From an uncultured Spirochaetota bacterium (GTDB lineage Bacteria > Spirochaetota > Brevinematia > Brevinematales > JAOACQ01), in contig CAWIGG010000006.1 in assembly GCA_963835575.1 (NCBI GenBank), positions 96,001 through 160,000 of the forward strand: 64,000 nt of DNA, given 5' to 3'. Position 1 is the stretch's first letter. Every line of letters begins with the position of its first letter. Position numbers and translations under genes: made by a program. This document shows, in pieces, positions 41,334 to 50,604 of this stretch. Under the pieces are notes generated by a model. It had not been told where the DNA came from. It did no database searches and saw only the letters and a program-made list of their open reading frames with translations.

Positions 41334-42836
41334 TCATTTTGTCTTGAGATATTTATTGTAGATCCATCCCATCACCTTGTTTTTTTCATCGTAAACATAG
41401 CTCCATTTTCCCTTTTCGGCTATCACCAGCACCTTGTCTCCCTTCACAAGTACCGACGCTATGTAATATTGAGTATAGTTTTTGGACTCTTCGGCGGTCT
41501 TATCCCAGTCCTTGAAAGATTCAAACTCTATACGTCTCACGGCGACATAGTCCCCCGTCAGGACAGCCTCCGCCGGATCCTCAAGCGACAGCCGGAGCGC
41601 CGTTCTGTCCATCGTGATTTCGAAATCATCCTTTTTTACCTTGATATAACCCCGGTTCATGGCGTAAGCGACAACATTTGAAGCGCTTTCGATCACGGGA
41701 AACATCAAGGGGTATACTCCATTGCGGTTTTTTTGGTAAATAATATTGCCGTCTTTGTCTCTGAAATAATCGCCGAGATTACCGTTTTCGTTGGCGGGTA
41801 TAGTTATATACTTCCCATCCTGTCCCTCGTTTGATATAATATAAAAATTAATATTGTTTGAAATTAAGCCTTCCTGATATTTTGATGTTTCAATTTCGAT
41901 AATAGCGGTATCATTGTCGTCTGTTAAATAATAATAAGCTTTGACAGCATCCCCTTTCTTAAGTTCCGTAAACTGGATGTTGGTCAAGCCGGGATCTGCA
42001 TCTGAGGAATAGATTGAAAAGTAAACGGGTAGGGGCTTGTTGATCACAATTTTATCCCTTATGGACACCGCTTCGCAGTTTCCGCTGTCCGGATTAAGGA
42101 CAAGAATCCCGTTTTTCCCCAAAAAAAAGATTTTGCTGTTAAAATAACCGGTATCGATCAGATCGACCGCCATCGGCAGCCTGAAGAAGGCGTTTCTTTT
42201 TTCATTGAACAGGACATAGTTGTCTTCAGGAAGGTCCAATGTGCCCATTCCGGCCGTTTTCTTTCCGAAAATGATCAGGTCGACATTGCGGAATTTATAG
42301 AATTTTTTAATTTCGCACTGTGTATCCATCTCGAAGTCGACGCGCTGTCCGGTGCCGGTATCGAAAAAAGTGCAATCGCATTGAGCAGAATCGGGACTAA
42401 CCCCGACGTTTGCTACAAAAAGGAACCTATTGTTGACAAGAGCAAATGCCGGCGGATAATCGGGGGTGAATTCAAATTCGCCTTTTATCGCGGAATTTTT
42501 TGCCTTGAAAGAGTATTTGAGAAAGTATCCTTTGAATGAATAATTCAATACGCCGTCCTTGAAACGGTAAGTCCCGGTATAACTTTCCCGGTCCTCTTTT
42601 TTTATCTCGTAACTTTGAATCGAGCTCGAGCCTTTATATTCGTTCTTTTTTGCCAGGTTTTCCAGGAACAGCGTTTTATCGAGCCTTCCGGGAGACCAGT
42701 ATATTTTTGCGTTGGTGACCAGTAAGGATGATTGCAGGGAATCGGAAAAACCGATTTTTTTAGGACTTACAGGATCGCCGTAAATCATGGAAATACAATT
42801 GATAAGTATCATAAGCGGGATGAAAATGAATTTCAT
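41334..42836 (-). CDS. secreted protein with C-terminal SH3b-like domain (paralog of 42986-44524)
   Basis: AGGAGG RBS and signal peptide at 42836 (ORF track start 42968); C-terminal GDKVLVIAEKGKWSYV...GWIYNKYL. Confidence 0.82.
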   Translation of the reverse strand: MKFIFIPLMILINCISMIYGDPVSPKKIGFSDSLQSSLLVTNAKIYWSPGRLDKTLFLENLAKKNEYKGSSSIQSYEIKKEDRESYTGTYRFKDGVLNYSFKGYFLKYSFKAKNSAIKGEFEFTPDYPPAFALVNNRFLFVANVGVSPDSAQCDCTFFDTGTGQRVDFEMDTQCEIKKFYKFRNVDLIIFGKKTAGMGTLDLPEDNYVLFNEKRNAFFRLPMAVDLIDTGYFNSKIFFLGKNGILVLNPDSGNCEAVSIRDKIVINKPLPVYFSIYSSDADPGLTNIQFTELKKGDAVKAYYYLTDDNDTAIIEIETSKYQEGLISNNINFYIISNEGQDGKYITIPANENGNLGDYFRDKDGNIIYQKNRNGVYPLMFPVIESASNVVAYAMNRGYIKVKKDDFEITMDRTALRLSLEDPAEAVLTGDYVAVRRIEFESFKDWDKTAEESKNYTQYYIASVLVKGDKVLVIAEKGKWSYVYDEKNKVMGWIYNKYLKTK

Positions 42837-42985
42837 TTTGATCCTCCTGAAATTTAATGGCTTTCCGGTAAAGATTTTCACTTTTCCATTCAGGGCATAT
42901 TTTGACACAAGCTCTTTGGTCCATTTTTCAAGCTCCATAGTTTTATCTCCTTGTAGCAAAGGAGCCAAAATATTTATAAACGGAA

Positions 42986-44524
42986 CTATACTTTCGCTTT
43001 AAGGTATTTATTATATATCCATCCTGATTTTTGATTCTTGACATCATTCACAAAGCTCCATTTTCCCTTTTCGATCAAAACGAATACCGTGTCACCGGTC
43101 ATAAGTCTTGATAGGATGGGATAGTTTGAATATTCCTTCGAATCGTCCGCGGATTTTTCCCAATCCCTGAAGGCTGCCGGATCGAGATTTCTCAGATAGA
43201 CATTATCCCCGGTCAGGGCGGCTTCCTTAGGCTCCTGGATCAGGATTTTAAAATTCTGCCTGTCGGCGTTAAAATCGATACCTTCCGGGTTCGGCTGGAT
43301 TAGGCGGCGGTTCATTTCGAAATAGACTTGGTCCGGCGTCTTTTTAGTCAGAGGGAACGAAAGCGGGTAAATCCCCCTGCGGTTATTCTCATAGATGACG
43401 GAGCCGTTCGTGTCACTGACATAATATCGGTGAAATGAGTTGTTCAGATCGAAGACAACGGAATAGGAATCGTTCAGCCCGGCGGTATGATTGGTTATTA
43501 CAGAAATAAAATCGTTTGAGACCGTCCCTGTCCAATGATAAGACGTATCGATTTCGATGAGAGGATCGCCGTCCCGGTTGGTCGTATAAAAATAAGCCCT
43601 GATATCATGGCTGTCAGGGCCAATATGTTCCAATTGAAGGTTCGTAAATCTGAAATTAAGAAGCGGGTAGCCGTTCGTATCGCTGTATTCGTCATAGACA
43701 GGTAGGGAAACCGGTATAGTATTATGGATTGTCAGTCGGCGGTCCAGGGTCATAAGGGTGCTCTCCCCGCTCAGGGGATTGAAGGCAAAAAGCCCCCGGG
43801 TCGTCACGAAAATCAGTTTATTGTTATCATTCCGGGCATCCAGAAGGTTTCCGGGCACCGGAAACCTCATGAAGACATTCTTCTTTTCGTTGAATATGAC
43901 ATAGTCGTTTAACGGTATCAATATGCGGTTGATGCTCCGATTGCCGGGATTTCCGAAAACAATGACCGTGATGTCTTTGAATTTCTCGGCAAGCTTGATC
44001 TCGGCCCGTTCCATACCGAAGCGCAGATTTTGTCCTGTGACAATATCATAAAAAGCACAGTCCATCAAATCGTAATCGGGATCTATTGCCCGCGAAACGA
44101 CCATAAGAAGTCTGCCGCCGATCAAGGCGAACTCCGGCGGCTGAGAGCTGTCGGTCTGAAATTCCCCTTTGATGATATTTCCATTCTTCATTTTAAGGCT
44201 GAATTTGCCGGATATTCCCTTTACCGAATAATTCAGAACGTCAGAGCCGAAATTGTGCGATCCCGAATAATCTTTCGAGCCTTCTGTAGCCGGGCTGAAT
44301 TTGTTGATTTTTAAGCCAGTGAGGGCGTTCTTTTTGGAAAGGTACTCGAAGAACAGGGATTTATCGAGCCTTCCGGACAACCAGTAGATCTTGTTATTCG
44401 TGACCTCGAGAGACGCCTGAGAGCACTCCTGAAAGTCGATGGTTTCCGTAGTCATAACATCGGCGATCGAAAATGTTGCAGGAATCAGCATAATGACGAT
44501 GATGGGAATTAAAGAAAGTCTCAT
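42986..44524 (-). CDS. secreted protein with C-terminal SH3b-like domain
   Basis: Signal peptide; shares KIYW..GRLDK.LF.E.L.KKN and EA.LTGD...GWIYNKYLK with its neighbour. Confidence 0.85.
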   Translation of the reverse strand: MRLSLIPIIVIMLIPATFSIADVMTTETIDFQECSQASLEVTNNKIYWLSGRLDKSLFFEYLSKKNALTGLKINKFSPATEGSKDYSGSHNFGSDVLNYSVKGISGKFSLKMKNGNIIKGEFQTDSSQPPEFALIGGRLLMVVSRAIDPDYDLMDCAFYDIVTGQNLRFGMERAEIKLAEKFKDITVIVFGNPGNRSINRILIPLNDYVIFNEKKNVFMRFPVPGNLLDARNDNNKLIFVTTRGLFAFNPLSGESTLMTLDRRLTIHNTIPVSLPVYDEYSDTNGYPLLNFRFTNLQLEHIGPDSHDIRAYFYTTNRDGDPLIEIDTSYHWTGTVSNDFISVITNHTAGLNDSYSVVFDLNNSFHRYYVSDTNGSVIYENNRRGIYPLSFPLTKKTPDQVYFEMNRRLIQPNPEGIDFNADRQNFKILIQEPKEAALTGDNVYLRNLDPAAFRDWEKSADDSKEYSNYPILSRLMTGDTVFVLIEKGKWSFVNDVKNQKSGWIYNKYLKAKV

Positions 44525-44534
44525 TCAAATCTCC

Positions 44535-45320
44535 TCATATCCCGAAATCGTATTCGATGGAAACCCTTCCGTTTTGATGCTTTTTAAAAATAAGGGATGC
44601 GAATGAAGATTCCACTGCTTGTTTATAATCTTTTCGTATTTTTAAATACTGAAGATCTGCGGTGCCGGTATGGGGAAGGGATAACGTATGCCGGGCGGCC
44701 TCAAAATGATAGTTTGTGAATTCTTCATCATTATTCAGAGCCAAATTGCTCTGATCAGCCGGGATATCGGTGCTTTTATTTATCGATTCCGTATAGTATT
44801 TTGTTATCAGATAGGCTTCCTCGATTGTTCCGGCCGGGAGATAAATAATATATCTGCCCCATTCCCATCCCAGATCCGACTTGACAACGATGCCGTTTTC
44901 GTAAACGTCCACCGTCTCGGTCTGGGACGATTCCCCGGTATCGCCGGTATCGTCCAGCAATACATGGTCCCGGAGCTTGAAATTGTTCGAGATATAGCTG
45001 ACGAGGTCCGGGCAGGTTTTTTCCGGCGGTTTGAACCTTGTCAGATAGCCGCCGAAAACATAGCCGGTTTTATTGTCATAACGGACTTTTGCCCAATTTC
45101 CGGCAATGCCGTCGTCCATCAATTCCGTCTTTCCGGTTTGTTCAAGAAGAGTCACTTTGCCTTTGAATGGTATTTTTGCCAGGAGCTTGCTTTCTTTACC
45201 AGGCTGTTCCCTCAAGGAAAGGTATGTCGAGCACAAAGCATAATATTCGTTGCTTTGCTTCTTATCTTCGCCGCTGCAGAATACCGGGAAAAGGAAAAAA
45301 AGAATTATGAAGAACCTCAT
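44535..45320 (-). CDS. secreted SH3b domain protein
   Basis: Signal peptide; LSLREQP..S..LAKIP..GNWAKVRY..GYVFGGYL. Confidence 0.88.
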   Translation of the reverse strand: MRFFIILFFLFPVFCSGEDKKQSNEYYALCSTYLSLREQPGKESKLLAKIPFKGKVTLLEQTGKTELMDDGIAGNWAKVRYDNKTGYVFGGYLTRFKPPEKTCPDLVSYISNNFKLRDHVLLDDTGDTGESSQTETVDVYENGIVVKSDLGWEWGRYIIYLPAGTIEEAYLITKYYTESINKSTDIPADQSNLALNNDEEFTNYHFEAARHTLSLPHTGTADLQYLKIRKDYKQAVESSFASLIFKKHQNGRVSIEYDFGI

Positions 45321-45662
45321 TTTATCCTCCTACGAAAAATTAAAAAATGAAGGGACATGGTGTACCGGGTCTGCCGGAATAGCGCATGAAATTACATCGC
45401 ATCTGCTATGTTTAAAATAATTCTGTTTTCAACCGTAATGGATTCGTTTAAATTATGATAATGCCCGATTAAATGATCCTTCAATATTTCACAAGCCCTA
45501 CTATGAGTGTTATCGCTGACCAAATGTGTAAAGGAATAGGCCTTATTGAAAATAAAATTATACGCTTCTTCCAATTTGATCTTTTCTTTCCATTTCCAAT
45601 CGGCTCCAGCTTTCTCAATATTGGGTTTTTCTACAGATTCGTTGAGCGAAGTTGTTGGCCAT

Positions 45663-46448
45663 CTATACTTGAGCTTCTACTTCCAATCTTTTCATTTTAA
45701 CATGACAAATATTATTTTTATCTAAAGGATATTTTTGAATATAATCTTCAGCAATTTCATTAATTAAAATATTCTTCTCATTTTCTTGGACTCTTTGGAT
45801 ATAAGACGAAAATGCTGTTCTAATCCAGTCAAATAATCCTTCTTTTCCAATTTGCGTCATATCTTTATCTATTAACTCGACTCTTTTAGCTTTTAAGCCA
45901 GCTTCTAATATCCAGTTCATATATTCATCTTTATCAAAATACCAAAATAGATTTGTAAAATCTTTAAAATAACTTTTCCATTTCTCCTTTTTAATAATAT
46001 TTTCTACTATTGCAATTAAATCTTCTTGATTTCCTTTTCCACCCATCTGTAAAAAAACTTTTCCATCTGGTTTTAAAGCTTTTTTTATTTTTTTTAAAAC
46101 AGTTAACTGATCATTTATCCAATGAAGTGTTGCTGTCGAAAAAATAATATTAAATTCTTTTTCAAAATTAATATTCCTTGCATCTATAAATAGAAAATCA
46201 ATATTTTTATAATTTGATTTATTATATTTATTTTTTGAATAATTTATCATTTCTAATGAAGCATCTATTCCTAATATAAAACCTTGGGGAATTAATTTTG
46301 ATATTTCAGCAGTAATTATTCCATCACCACAACCAATATCTAATATTTTTTCAGTTCCTTTTAATGATAGTTTAGATATTAATTCAAAAGCCCAATATTT
46401 TTGTTGAGATGAACTTTTATTATAATCTTCAGGATTCCACTTAATCAT
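45663..46448 (-). CDS. class I SAM-dependent methyltransferase (trans-aconitate methyltransferase-like)
   Basis: W.PEDY, ILDIGCGDG, GIDAS, IFSTATLHW. Confidence 0.9.
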   Translation of the reverse strand: MIKWNPEDYNKSSSQQKYWAFELISKLSLKGTEKILDIGCGDGIITAEISKLIPQGFILGIDASLEMINYSKNKYNKSNYKNIDFLFIDARNINFEKEFNIIFSTATLHWINDQLTVLKKIKKALKPDGKVFLQMGGKGNQEDLIAIVENIIKKEKWKSYFKDFTNLFWYFDKDEYMNWILEAGLKAKRVELIDKDMTQIGKEGLFDWIRTAFSSYIQRVQENEKNILINEIAEDYIQKYPLDKNNICHVKMKRLEVEAQV

Positions 46449-46478
46449 TTAATTAACCTCCAAATCGCCAACAATTTC

Positions 46479-46641
46479 AGCTAACGGTGCGGCTTGGCGA
46501 CGTTTTGCGGTCCGAAGGACTGGCGCGACTTTTGCGTCCCACGCAGCAAAAGTCGTGACAGAGCCAAATGTGTCCGCAGGACCGAGGACCGCCCGGAGAC
46601 CGCAGTCGAGGACGGACCGGAGCGCTAAGCCGTCGTTGTGC
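46479..46641 (-). other. attC-like recombination site (163 bp)
   Basis: On the minus strand R'' GCACAAC ... R' GTTAGCT; GC-rich imperfect palindrome with CGACTTTTGC/GCAAAAGTCG stem. Confidence 0.75.
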
Positions 46642-46651
46642 GAAGTTGGCA

Positions 46652-47116
46652 TTAATTTTTGATAATTAATAAGTCTTCATTTGATGGTATTTCACCATTT
46701 TTATATTTATGTAAATCACAGTATAATAGCAATAAAATTATTGAACCAAATCTCAATTGTTTCCAGTTTTTTCCTTTTGATTCATCAATTAAATCTTTTG
46801 CATATTTAGCTAAATTTGGACATTGATCAGCTAACTTTCTTGATTCTTTAATTATAAAACCTTCATTTCCATTATTTATATGGTCTTGAAATTCTTTGAT
46901 AAATTCATCATCTTTAATATTATTTTGAAATCTTATTTTTGATGTTATTTGCATTGCGAGCATTTCTGCATCTTGTAAATTTGATAATTTACTTTGAACA
47001 TCAATTACATTAATATTTTTAATTTTTTCCCGGCTCATTTTTTTCATAACATTAGTAATTACCATAATTAGTATTATAACAACAACTATAAAACCTAATA
47101 CATAAATAAGAGTCAT
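46652..47116 (-). CDS. hypothetical membrane-anchored cassette protein
   Basis: GGAGG RBS, N-terminal TM helix, very low GC. Confidence 0.8.
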   Translation of the reverse strand: MTLIYVLGFIVVVIILIMVITNVMKKMSREKIKNINVIDVQSKLSNLQDAEMLAMQITSKIRFQNNIKDDEFIKEFQDHINNGNEGFIIKESRKLADQCPNLAKYAKDLIDESKGKNWKQLRFGSIILLLLYCDLHKYKNGEIPSNEDLLIIKN

Positions 47117-47200
47117 ATATCAAAACCTCCAACTAAAATTAATGCCAACTTCGCACAGACGGTGCGGCTATACGACGTGGCGGTGGTGTTTTTCTAATGT

Positions 47201-48100
47201 CTATTCTTCAATAAAATAATCCGTATCTACTTTGCTAATTTTAAAACTTCTTTTAATAGAAACACCCACTTCATTTTCAATCATTAATTCTGTCAATTTC
47301 TTTCCATCAATTAAAATTATAGCACAATCAATATTTTGTGCATATTCAAGTGCTTCTTTTGAAAATGAGGATGTTGTAATAAATATTCCTTTTTTAGCTC
47401 TTTTGCCTTGAAGTGCACCAACAAATTTTTGTATTTCTGGACAAACAACAACATTATCCCATTTTTTAGCTTGAAGATATATTTTATCTAATCCCAATTT
47501 ATCTTCCTTAATTATTCCATCAATACCTTCATCATTAGTTTTTTGAGTTACTTCACCATTTTCAATATCAGAACCACCATAACCAATTTTAATTAATAAG
47601 TCAACAACTAATTTTTCAAAAAAGTATGAAGAACCATCTTTTATTTGATTAATTAATTGGAGTGACAATTCATCCGTTATTTGTTTAAAGCCAATTTCAA
47701 TTAATTCATCTGGAGTTTTTTCCAATATTTCTTCACTGGTTTCTATGGAATCATCTTTATCTGGATTTTTATTTTTTGAAAAAGCAGGAAATTCTTTTAA
47801 AAATGAAATAGTTATTTTAACCGGTGGGCTTTTTAAAACCTTTTTACCGGTAATAGTAATTTGATATTCTCCTCTGCGTGGTGATGATATTAAATCAGCC
47901 TTTTTCAAATATGCCATAGCCCAGGCAACCCTATTATAATAAAGGGGCTGAGTACCGGAAGAAATCTTTTCTTTTTGTTCATCATCAGATATTTTAAAAT
48001 GGTTAATCATTTCTAATCTGATATCTCTATGTGTTTTTATTGTATCGTTCTTTAAAGCATTGAGCATTGGTAACATAATAGACTGAAAATCAGGTATCAT
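47201..48100 (-). CDS. mrr: Mrr-family restriction endonuclease
   Basis: MIPDFQSIMLP, NRVAWA..YL, FFEKLVVDLL..IGYG, DEGIDG, YLQAKKW, GIFITTS. Confidence 0.93.
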   Translation of the reverse strand: MIPDFQSIMLPMLNALKNDTIKTHRDIRLEMINHFKISDDEQKEKISSGTQPLYYNRVAWAMAYLKKADLISSPRRGEYQITITGKKVLKSPPVKITISFLKEFPAFSKNKNPDKDDSIETSEEILEKTPDELIEIGFKQITDELSLQLINQIKDGSSYFFEKLVVDLLIKIGYGGSDIENGEVTQKTNDEGIDGIIKEDKLGLDKIYLQAKKWDNVVVCPEIQKFVGALQGKRAKKGIFITTSSFSKEALEYAQNIDCAIILIDGKKLTELMIENEVGVSIKRSFKISKVDTDYFIEE

Positions 48101-48174
48101 AAGTATTTCTCCTTGAAAATATAATTCACCAGCCCACCGCCAGGTCGTCTAACTAATAATATATGAATAAAATA

Positions 48175-49125
48175 CTATCCCGGCATCAAATATCCGCCGC
48201 TTTTTCTGAGTATTTCTGCGTAGGCGGCGACGCCTTTTTCAAGAGAAGTGAATTCTTTCGAGTAGCCGGCATTGCGGAGCTGTGCGAGATCGGCGCGGGT
48301 ATAGCCCTGGTATTTACCCTTAAGCTCTTCGGGGAAAGGAATGAACTCTATTTTTGAGCCCGGGAACGATCCCTCCATTATTTCGGCGATTTTGAGAAAG
48401 CTCTCGGCCTGTCCGGTGCCGCAGTTAAAGATGCCTTTCTTTGAGGGGTTTTTCCTGAAAAAGAGATTGATGTCTACGATGTCTTTCACGAAAATAAAAT
48501 CCCGTAAAAAATCCGCGCTTCCCTCAAAAAGCCTGATCCGGCTTTCTTTCATGATCTCATTATAAAAATGATAGACGACGGAAGCCATTCTGCCCTTGTG
48601 GTTTTCCTGCGGGCCATAGACATTGAAGTACCGGAGGCCTATGATCTGGCTCCTGCTTCTATGAATGATCTTTCTGACATACTGGTCAAAAAGGTATTTG
48701 GAAAAGGCGTAGATATTCAGAGGGTATTCACAGCTTCTTTCCTCTTTAAAGCCTTTTTTACCGTCGCCGTAAACCGAAGCGGAGGAAGCGTAGATAAAGG
48801 GGATCCTGTTTTCCAGGCAGAAATGGAGGACAAGCTTGGAATATTCGTAATTATTTTCCATCATATATTTGCCGTCCTGTTCCATCGTGTCGGAGCAGGC
48901 ACCCTGAAGAAAAATGCAATCGATCTTTAATTTATTGAGATGGTTTAAACTCCTGACGAAATCCAGTTTGTCCATATAGTCGGCGAATTCCAGGCTGTTG
49001 AGGTTTTTATGCTTTTCACTATTCTTAAGATTATCAACAATCAGAATGTCCTTTTCAGACTCATCATTCAGGCCCCTGACAAGGTTAGATCCTATAAAAC
49101 CAGCTCCTCCCGTGACGACGATCAT
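48175..49125 (-). CDS. rfaD: ADP-L-glycero-D-manno-heptose 6-epimerase
   Basis: MIVVTGGAGFIGSNLV, GACSDT, YASSASVYG, LRYFNVYGP.E.HKGRMAS, YQGYTRAD. Confidence 0.97.
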   Translation of the reverse strand: MIVVTGGAGFIGSNLVRGLNDESEKDILIVDNLKNSEKHKNLNSLEFADYMDKLDFVRSLNHLNKLKIDCIFLQGACSDTMEQDGKYMMENNYEYSKLVLHFCLENRIPFIYASSASVYGDGKKGFKEERSCEYPLNIYAFSKYLFDQYVRKIIHRSRSQIIGLRYFNVYGPQENHKGRMASVVYHFYNEIMKESRIRLFEGSADFLRDFIFVKDIVDINLFFRKNPSKKGIFNCGTGQAESFLKIAEIMEGSFPGSKIEFIPFPEELKGKYQGYTRADLAQLRNAGYSKEFTSLEKGVAAYAEILRKSGGYLMPG

Positions 49126-50540
49126 GATTTTCCAGCCTCCATTTTTTTGATGGTATTTGTTGTCGAGTATCCTTTTAGAAAGGGAATAATAGCGGTCCGC
49201 CCGGCGAATTCTCTGCCGATGACATCTTCCGCTTTATAATCGCCGCCTTTGACCAGAATGTCCGGCCTGACGGAGCGGATCAGCCTGGCTGGAGTATCTT
49301 CGCCGAACAATACAACGGCATCTGTGACTTCCAATGCCGATAGGACTTCCGCCCGGTCGTTTTCATTGTTAACCGGCCTGCTTTTCCCTTTCAGCCGGCG
49401 GGTTGAAGCGTCGGTATTGAGGCCGATGATAAGGACGTCGCCCATTTCTTTGGCTTTTCTGAGGTATTCAACATGGCCGCGGTGCAGGATGTCAAAACAG
49501 CCGTTTGTAAAGACTATGGTTTTCCCGTCTTTTTTCCATTCTTTAACCTTGTTTAACAGTTTCGGCAGAGGCATGATTTTGCTTTCTTCTTTTTTCTCAA
49601 AGGATGTGACCAGCTCCTTTTTATTTATTGGGACAGTGCCGAACTTGCCGACGACAATACCGGCGGCCTTGTTGGCCAGTCTGACCGCGTCAGCAAGATT
49701 CATGCCGCATGCGATGCCGGCCGACAGCGCCGCTATGACCGTATCGCCGGCTCCGGAAACATCATAAACGTCCCGCGCTTCCGTCGGAATATGAAAGACA
49801 TTTTTCGGCATGATCAGGCTCATTCCCCGTTCAGAGCGGGTGACAAGAAGGTTATTAAAAGAATATTTCTTTAATATTTCCCTGCCGTGTTTTTCTATCT
49901 CGGCGTCATTGTTTTTAATGTCTTTTCCTGAAATCTCCCCGAGTTCTTTGAGGTTCGGGCTGACGAGAAAGGCATTCCGGTATTTTTCCCAGTCATTCCC
50001 CTTCGGGTCTATAATGACTGGTTTTTTGTATTTTCTGGCAGCCGCGATTATTTTTCTGCAGAGGGCCGGTGAACAAAGGCCTTTCGCGTAATCGGAGATA
50101 ATGACGGCCTGTACCCGGCCGATCAATAAATCAAGTTGCTTTTCTATTCTATTAATGAGGGCTTCCGAAGGTTCCGCGGCCTCTTCGAAATCCAGCCGCG
50201 CGATCTGCTGGTGCTCGCCTACTATCCTGAGTTTTGTGATGGTTGGAGTATTGGTCTGAATGAGGAGATCTTCAATATGGATTTTTTTCAGAAGGCCGGC
50301 CATGATTTTTCTATTCCCGTCTTTGCCGGCCGTACCGATCAGGAATGACCTTGCTCCCAGACCGGCGATATTATTCGACACATTGGCCGCGCCGCCCAGC
50401 GCGTAGCGGCAGCTCTGGATTTTCACTACTGGCACAGGCGCTTCCGGTGAAATCCTGCTGACGCGGCCTGTGTAATACTGGTCGAGCATCACGTCGCCGA
50501 TGACAAGAATGGCCGCCTTTGAAAAATCAGGTATGTTCAT
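49122..50540 (-). CDS. hldE: bifunctional heptose-7-phosphate kinase / heptose-1-phosphate adenylyltransferase
   Basis: GDVMLD..RISPEAPVPV, DVSGAGDT, FTNGCFDILHRGH, LVKGGDY. Confidence 0.97.
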   Translation of the reverse strand: MNIPDFSKAAILVIGDVMLDQYYTGRVSRISPEAPVPVVKIQSCRYALGGAANVSNNIAGLGARSFLIGTAGKDGNRKIMAGLLKKIHIEDLLIQTNTPTITKLRIVGEHQQIARLDFEEAAEPSEALINRIEKQLDLLIGRVQAVIISDYAKGLCSPALCRKIIAAARKYKKPVIIDPKGNDWEKYRNAFLVSPNLKELGEISGKDIKNNDAEIEKHGREILKKYSFNNLLVTRSERGMSLIMPKNVFHIPTEARDVYDVSGAGDTVIAALSAGIACGMNLADAVRLANKAAGIVVGKFGTVPINKKELVTSFEKKEESKIMPLPKLLNKVKEWKKDGKTIVFTNGCFDILHRGHVEYLRKAKEMGDVLIIGLNTDASTRRLKGKSRPVNNENDRAEVLSALEVTDAVVLFGEDTPARLIRSVRPDILVKGGDYKAEDVIGREFAGRTAIIPFLKGYSTTNTIKKMEAGKS

Positions 50541-50604
50541 AGAACGTCCTTTGTTAAATATTATTCAAATTGTCATAAATTATAAATATCGAACAGCTCT
50601 TCTG

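Larger units (their letters stand above)
45641..48153 (-). mobile_element. decayed integron-type gene cassette array without integrase (CALIN-like)
   Basis: Three very AT-rich single-gene units, each beginning at a GTT core and ending in its inverse complement; one full attC-like site. Confidence 0.75.

Noticed and set aside
46449..46652. 67-aa ORF between cassette genes
   Set aside because: It is a translation of the GC-rich attC-like site
45663..48100. Mrr plus methyltransferase as a restriction-modification pair
   Set aside because: The methyltransferase lacks DNA MTase motifs (no DPPY/NPPY or PC), looks like a small-molecule enzyme and lies in a separate cassette
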